64,000 nt of DNA from the NCBI GenBank assembly GCA_951406725.2, contig OX597835.1:34906001-34970000 (forward strand). Direction: 5' to 3'. The position numbers and the translations under genes were made by a program. The stretch comes from Octopus vulgaris (Eukaryota). This document shows, one piece after another, positions 57,749-64,000 of the stretch. The notes below the pieces were generated by a model. The model saw only the letters and a program-made list of their open reading frames with translations. It ran no database searches and was not told the origin of the DNA. Positions within the stretch are counted from its first letter, which is position 1; each line of letters starts with the position of its first letter.

Positions 57749-57814
57749 TCATCAGTTGTCGGCTCCTCATTTCGAGCATTCAATGACAATATGAGTCTTC
57801 AAAGACAGTTGCTC
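57749..57814 (-). ncRNA. Candidate non-canonically permuted hammerhead, copy C (brace helix partner missing)
   Basis: Reverse complement: GAGCA a ctgtctttg aaga CTCAT A TTGTC attgaa TGCTC GAA ATGAG gagcc GACAA CTGATGA. Confidence 0.6.
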
Positions 57815-57990
57815 CTATAAATTCTAAAATAGAATTTAGGATTTATGGAGGGTCAAAGTTGGGAACAAAAACATGACAATGCAGTCATACAAGGAAACCG
57901 AGCGAAAGCAAACATGGAGGGTCGTTGGACCAGAACGAGAGGAAAATAGTGAATGCTAGGAGAAACATTTTCTTAAAGAGAAAAGATAGA

Positions 57991-58099
<109 letters not shown>

Positions 58100-58333
58100 A
58101 ACATATCCGTTCTTTTGAACGATCCTGCAGGAAAAGAAAGATGGACGATGGTCGCATATACGGAACGTGAGAGAAAGATATATATTTTTCCAATTAAACA
58201 GACTCCCTATTGCACAGTGCGTGTGTTTAATTGGAAAAATATGACCACCACCAAGTATAACAATATCTGTTTCAACATACGATTTCACATCAAGAATCTT
58301 CCAAAGCCATAAACACACACACACACACACACG

Positions 58334-58413
<80 letters not shown>

Positions 58414-58949
58414 TGTTCTTACACACATACATATATTTCCCATTGATAACAGCTAAACAGCTTAAAATATCGATGTATAGTGTTTTTACGCTTTGTTTTT
58501 GTTTTTTACCGTAAGAGCGAATTGGACTCCCCTCAACTGCGGTGAATTTGTCTTTTCGCAGTCGAAGTACATCGAAACCTCAAATATGAAATGCGATTTA
58601 TTTGGGAGAAGAATTACATTTATTCCATTGCCATTTTCCTATACATACACACACACACACACATACATACATACAAACATACATACATACGTACATACAT
58701 ACATACACACTCACACACACACATACATACATACGTACATGCATACATAATACATGCATACATACGTACGTACATACATACATGCATGCATACATACATA
58801 CATATATACATACATACATACATAATACATACATACATGCATGCGTACAAACATATATACATACATACATACATACGTACATGCATACATACATACATAA
58901 TATATACATACATACACACATTCATACATAATACATACATACATGGAAG

Positions 58950-58981
<32 letters not shown>

Positions 58982-59433
58982 CACACATACATACATACAT
59001 ACATACACACATACATACATACATACATACATACATACATGCATAAATACATGCATACATACATACATACATGCATGTATGCACTCATACATATATACAT
59101 ACATACATGCATACGTACATGCATACATAGATACATACGTACGTACATGCATACATACATATGTGTGTGTGTGTGTGTATATATGTACAATACCGAATTT
59201 CTGGACCCTGATAGTCCGGAAACACTTATGATCCGCACTGATTTACATTAATGTACAGGTACCCGTATTTCATTTAATTGCTTAAGTAAATTTAATGTTT
59301 TTTTAATTTAGAGATTGTTAACCAAGGTGACCACCCCTGGATCGGGAAAATGAATAATCCGAAAACGTTTTCGTAACCAAAGATTTCCGAAAATCGACGT
59401 TATGCTTATATGAATAAATGAATGACAAAACAC

Positions 59434-59500
<67 letters not shown>

Positions 59501-59524
59501 CTTCAGAAATGTAAGTACACGTGT

Positions 59525-59730
59525 GCCGTTGGTGATTTCTTTTCCTTCTCTGAACTTTTTCCCTCTCTCCTTTCCGGCGAAGAGCAATGCGCGAAACGTC
59601 GAACTCTCTCCTGTCAACGAGCGTCAAACTAATACATTTCTTGTGCAAGTCCTCATATTGTCCGTTTTTATTCGTTTTTTTATTCATTTTTATATTCGTT
59701 TATTTGAATTGTTTGTTTATCTGAATTGAC
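59525..59730 (+). mobile_element. PLE-type tail with degenerate hammerhead (59571-59603)
   Basis: ttt CCGGCGA a gagc-aat-gcgc GAAA CG TC gaa; related to 9165-9352. Confidence 0.55.
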
Positions 59731-59743
59731 AATATATATATAT

Positions 59744-60613
<870 letters not shown>

Positions 60614-60988
60614 GTATGAATGTATGTAGACAAAATTAAGAGACTGTTTTGTGTGTGAGTTCTTATGATTTACGTTTGCTGTCGTTGTGTCAAATATACT
60701 CCCGACTCAATTAACATCATTTAATATTCCTTTACAAAACACCACTCTTTCCCTAACCTCATTAACGATTTAAGGTCCTAGACAAGAACGAAACAACAGC
60801 AACAACAACAACTTCAACTGCTGCTGCTGCTGCATTGCTGTCTCCTGCCTCCTTGTAAAGATGATGTCTTGAGATCGCCGACACCGGCGCTTTCTTAACA
60901 AATTAAGAACAAGGTTTTATTTCTTTAGACAATCGCTGTATATGCGTGTCAGTGTGTGTGTGTGTATGTGTGTGCGAGTCGCTCTCTC

Positions 60989-61021
<33 letters not shown>

Positions 61022-61022
61022 T

Positions 61023-61186
<164 letters not shown>

Positions 61187-62132
61187 GTCTATGTGTGTGT
61201 ATGCATATGCTTATGAGAGTGTATGCGTGTTCTTAAATATATGTGTATGTGTACGTATAGGTATGTGTGTATATGTGTGCGTTTATATGTGTGTGCGTGT
61301 GTACGTGTATGTGTATGTATGTGTGTATATATGTATGTGTGTATGTGTGTATGTGCATGTGTATATGCAGATGTGTGTGTATAGGTGTATGTGCGTATAT
61401 GCGTGTGTATATGTGTGTGTGAGTATGTGGAAGTATGTGTGCGTATATGTAAGTCTCTGTGTGTGAAAATGGGAATACACTCGTTTTTTTTTGTCCTACT
61501 CCTCTCTCTGTCTCTCTTTCTTGCGCTCTCTGTCTGTCTCTCTCTCTCTCATACACACACTCTCTTTTACTTTCCTCTTTACTTCTCCTCACTCTCCTTC
61601 CCACCGTTCTCCTTTCTCTCTATCTTTTTTTTCCGTCCATCTTTAAATACCATGTCCCATTACGTACGTTTCCTCACTTTCCATTTTTTTCTTTCCATGT
61701 GCCTTCTTTCATCAACGGTACTAACTCACCCCCCACCACCACTACTACAACCACCACCACTATCGTCACCATCAACAACAACCACAACAATAACAACAAC
61801 AACAACAATCACCAGACCATCACCACCACCACCACCACCACCACCACCACCACCACCACCACCACCGCTACCACTACCTACCCCCGTTGCCCTACTTCAA
61901 TCCCTTGACACCCGGGGTTTCCATTAACCTTTATTAGCGAACGCGCTCGACCTACTCCCGTCTCATCATACTCAATCTAACCCATCACGCCTTCTTATCT
62001 TCCTCCTCCTCCTCCTCCTCCTCCTCCTCCCCCTTTTTCTTCTTCCCCACCTGCTCTTCCTGCTCTTCCTCTTTTTCTTTCTCTCTTCTTTATCATCACT
62101 TGCAGCTCGATCATGCCCAGCCATCGTACTAA

Positions 62133-62362
62133 CCACCACCACCACCACCACCACCACCACCACTACCACCACCTCACCACCACCACCACCACCACCACCA
62201 CCACCACCACCACCACCACCACCACCACCACCACCACCACCACCACCACCACCACCACCACCACCACCACCACCACCACCACCACCACCACCACCACCAC
62301 CACCACCACCACCACCACCACCACCACCACCACCACCACCACCACCACCACCACCACCACCG
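62133..62362. repeat. (ACC)n microsatellite
   Basis: Directly visible. Confidence 0.95.
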
Positions 62363-62460
62363 CCGCCGCCGCCATCACCACCAACGACATCGTTACATCC
62401 TCATCATGACGACGTCGACGACACCATCGACATCACCACGACCGCCACCACCACCCGTCG

Positions 62461-62495
<35 letters not shown>

Positions 62496-62522
62496 ATTCA
62501 TACATACATATATATACATATA

Positions 62523-62578
<56 letters not shown>

Positions 62579-62603
62579 TATATGTATATATATGTATGTA
62601 TGA

Positions 62604-62676
<73 letters not shown>

Positions 62677-62922
62677 CAGTTTTGTCTCAAAAGGCTTCGG
62701 TCGGCCAGAGGCTATAGTAGAAGACACTCGTCCAAGGTGCCTCGCAGGGGGAGTGAACTCGGAACCATGTGGTTGGAAAGCAAGCTTCTTAGCACACACC
62801 CGGTCATACGATAGTGTACTGAAAGGTTCCTGATTTTAAGGGTATCGGGAAAGGCCTGACTGGAGGCTCAACCTTCCGAGTTCTTTTACAGTGCTTAGAG
62901 AAACAGAAGGACTGCTGCAATA

Positions 62923-64000
62923 CGAGGGACGTTCAATAAGTAATGCCTCTGACTCACTTGCAGTTGTTTGATGTAGCTGAAATTTTGCATGTGCAATCAT
63001 TTATATCTCTATTTATATCTCTATCTGAATTAATTGGGGTTTCTGATTTACAGGTGTTTGAACCAAGTCAAGTGTGAAATGTAGCCTGTTGAGTGTCGAG
63101 CAGTGATCCGGTTTTTGTATTTGAAAGGACGCACACCACGGGAGACTTTTGATGAAATGAAAGTAACTTATGGTGATGATGCCCCATCATATGACCTTGT
63201 AAAACGCTGGCATCGTGAATTCAAACATGGTCGAAACTCTGTGGAAACAGCTCCCAGATCTGGTCGCCCCCTTCTGCCATTGATGAGGCATCTGTCCGTC
63301 AAGTTGAGGCTGTCATTTTGGAAGATCGACGCATAATTATTCGCCAAATAGCCCATGAGGTCAAGATTAGTACCGGGTCTGTGGAAACTATCATTCATGA
63401 CCATTTGCATATGCAAAAGGTGTCTGCCAGATGGATTCCCAGGCTGCTCACGCCTTTCCAGAAGCAAGAACGCGTCGAGTGCTCGAGGGTGAATTTGGAG
63501 ATGTGCCAAGAAGATGAGTCAAAATTTTTCAAAAGACTGATTACACAGGATGAAACCTGGGTCCATCACGATGATCCAGAGACCAAAGCCCAGTCAATGC
63601 AGTGTAAGCACCGTGACTCACCCCCTCCAAAGAAGGCAAGGGTGCAGCCCTCCGCTGGCAAGGTCATGCTCACAGTCTTCTGGTACCAGGACGGAGTAGT
63701 GATGACAGATTTCCTGGCAAAGGGTACCACAATTACAGGAGCCTATTATGCTTCACCTTTGAGGAAATTAAGAGAAGCTATCAAAATCAAGAGGCGGGGC
63801 AAAATCAGCAAAGGCATCCTCCTCCTGCAGGACAACGCTCCGGTCCACAACTCGCTTGTCACCAGATCAGAAGCACAGGCGTATGGCTATGAACTCCTCC
63901 CCATCCCCCCTACTTTCCTGACCTTGCACCCTCTGATTTTCACCTCTTCCCAGCCATGAAGTTGTTTTTGAAAGGAAAGCGTTTCCCAGATGATGCAGCC
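62923..64000 (+). mobile_element. Mariner transposon with disrupted transposase, running off the window end
   Basis: TA, then putative TIR cgagggacgttcaataagtaatg. ATG at 63079 is followed by TAG. Motifs RAVIRFL, KVSARWIPRLL, ITQDETW, LLQDNA, YFPDLAPSD; frameshifts near 63270 and 63905. Confidence 0.9.

Noticed and set aside
59190-59400. ctgatag-tccg-gaaac as a possible hammerhead
   Set aside because: The core is incomplete; the region is a diverged inverted copy of the repeat at ~1240-1470.

Overview
Repeat-dominated eukaryotic DNA, most likely an octopus or other coleoid intron/intergenic region (inferred from the microsatellite density and SINE families; not verified). Nearly all ORFs in the track are microsatellite or SINE translations. 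The real content is decayed transposons: Penelope-like elements (PLEs), CR1-group and RTE LINEs, four tRNA-derived SINE families, Helitrons, Tc1/mariner, hAT and piggyBac-like MITEs, and a Gypsy-type LTR with a tRNA-Trp PBS. There is also one plausible host exon (27778-27906, minus strand) and an assembly gap of about 100 N. About a dozen minimal hammerhead-ribozyme motifs sit in PLE-type tails, several inside tail-outward foldbacks. The most notable signal is three sequence-divergent minus-strand motifs (46942-47014, 52828-52903, 57749-57814). Each has all hammerhead core elements (YUGANGA, GAAA, NUH) and covarying helices, but in a strand order that is not type I, II or III: a candidate pseudoknotted hammerhead opened between A9 and position 10.1 and braced by an extra helix. 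All RNA structures were folded by eye; no database search or activity test was possible.
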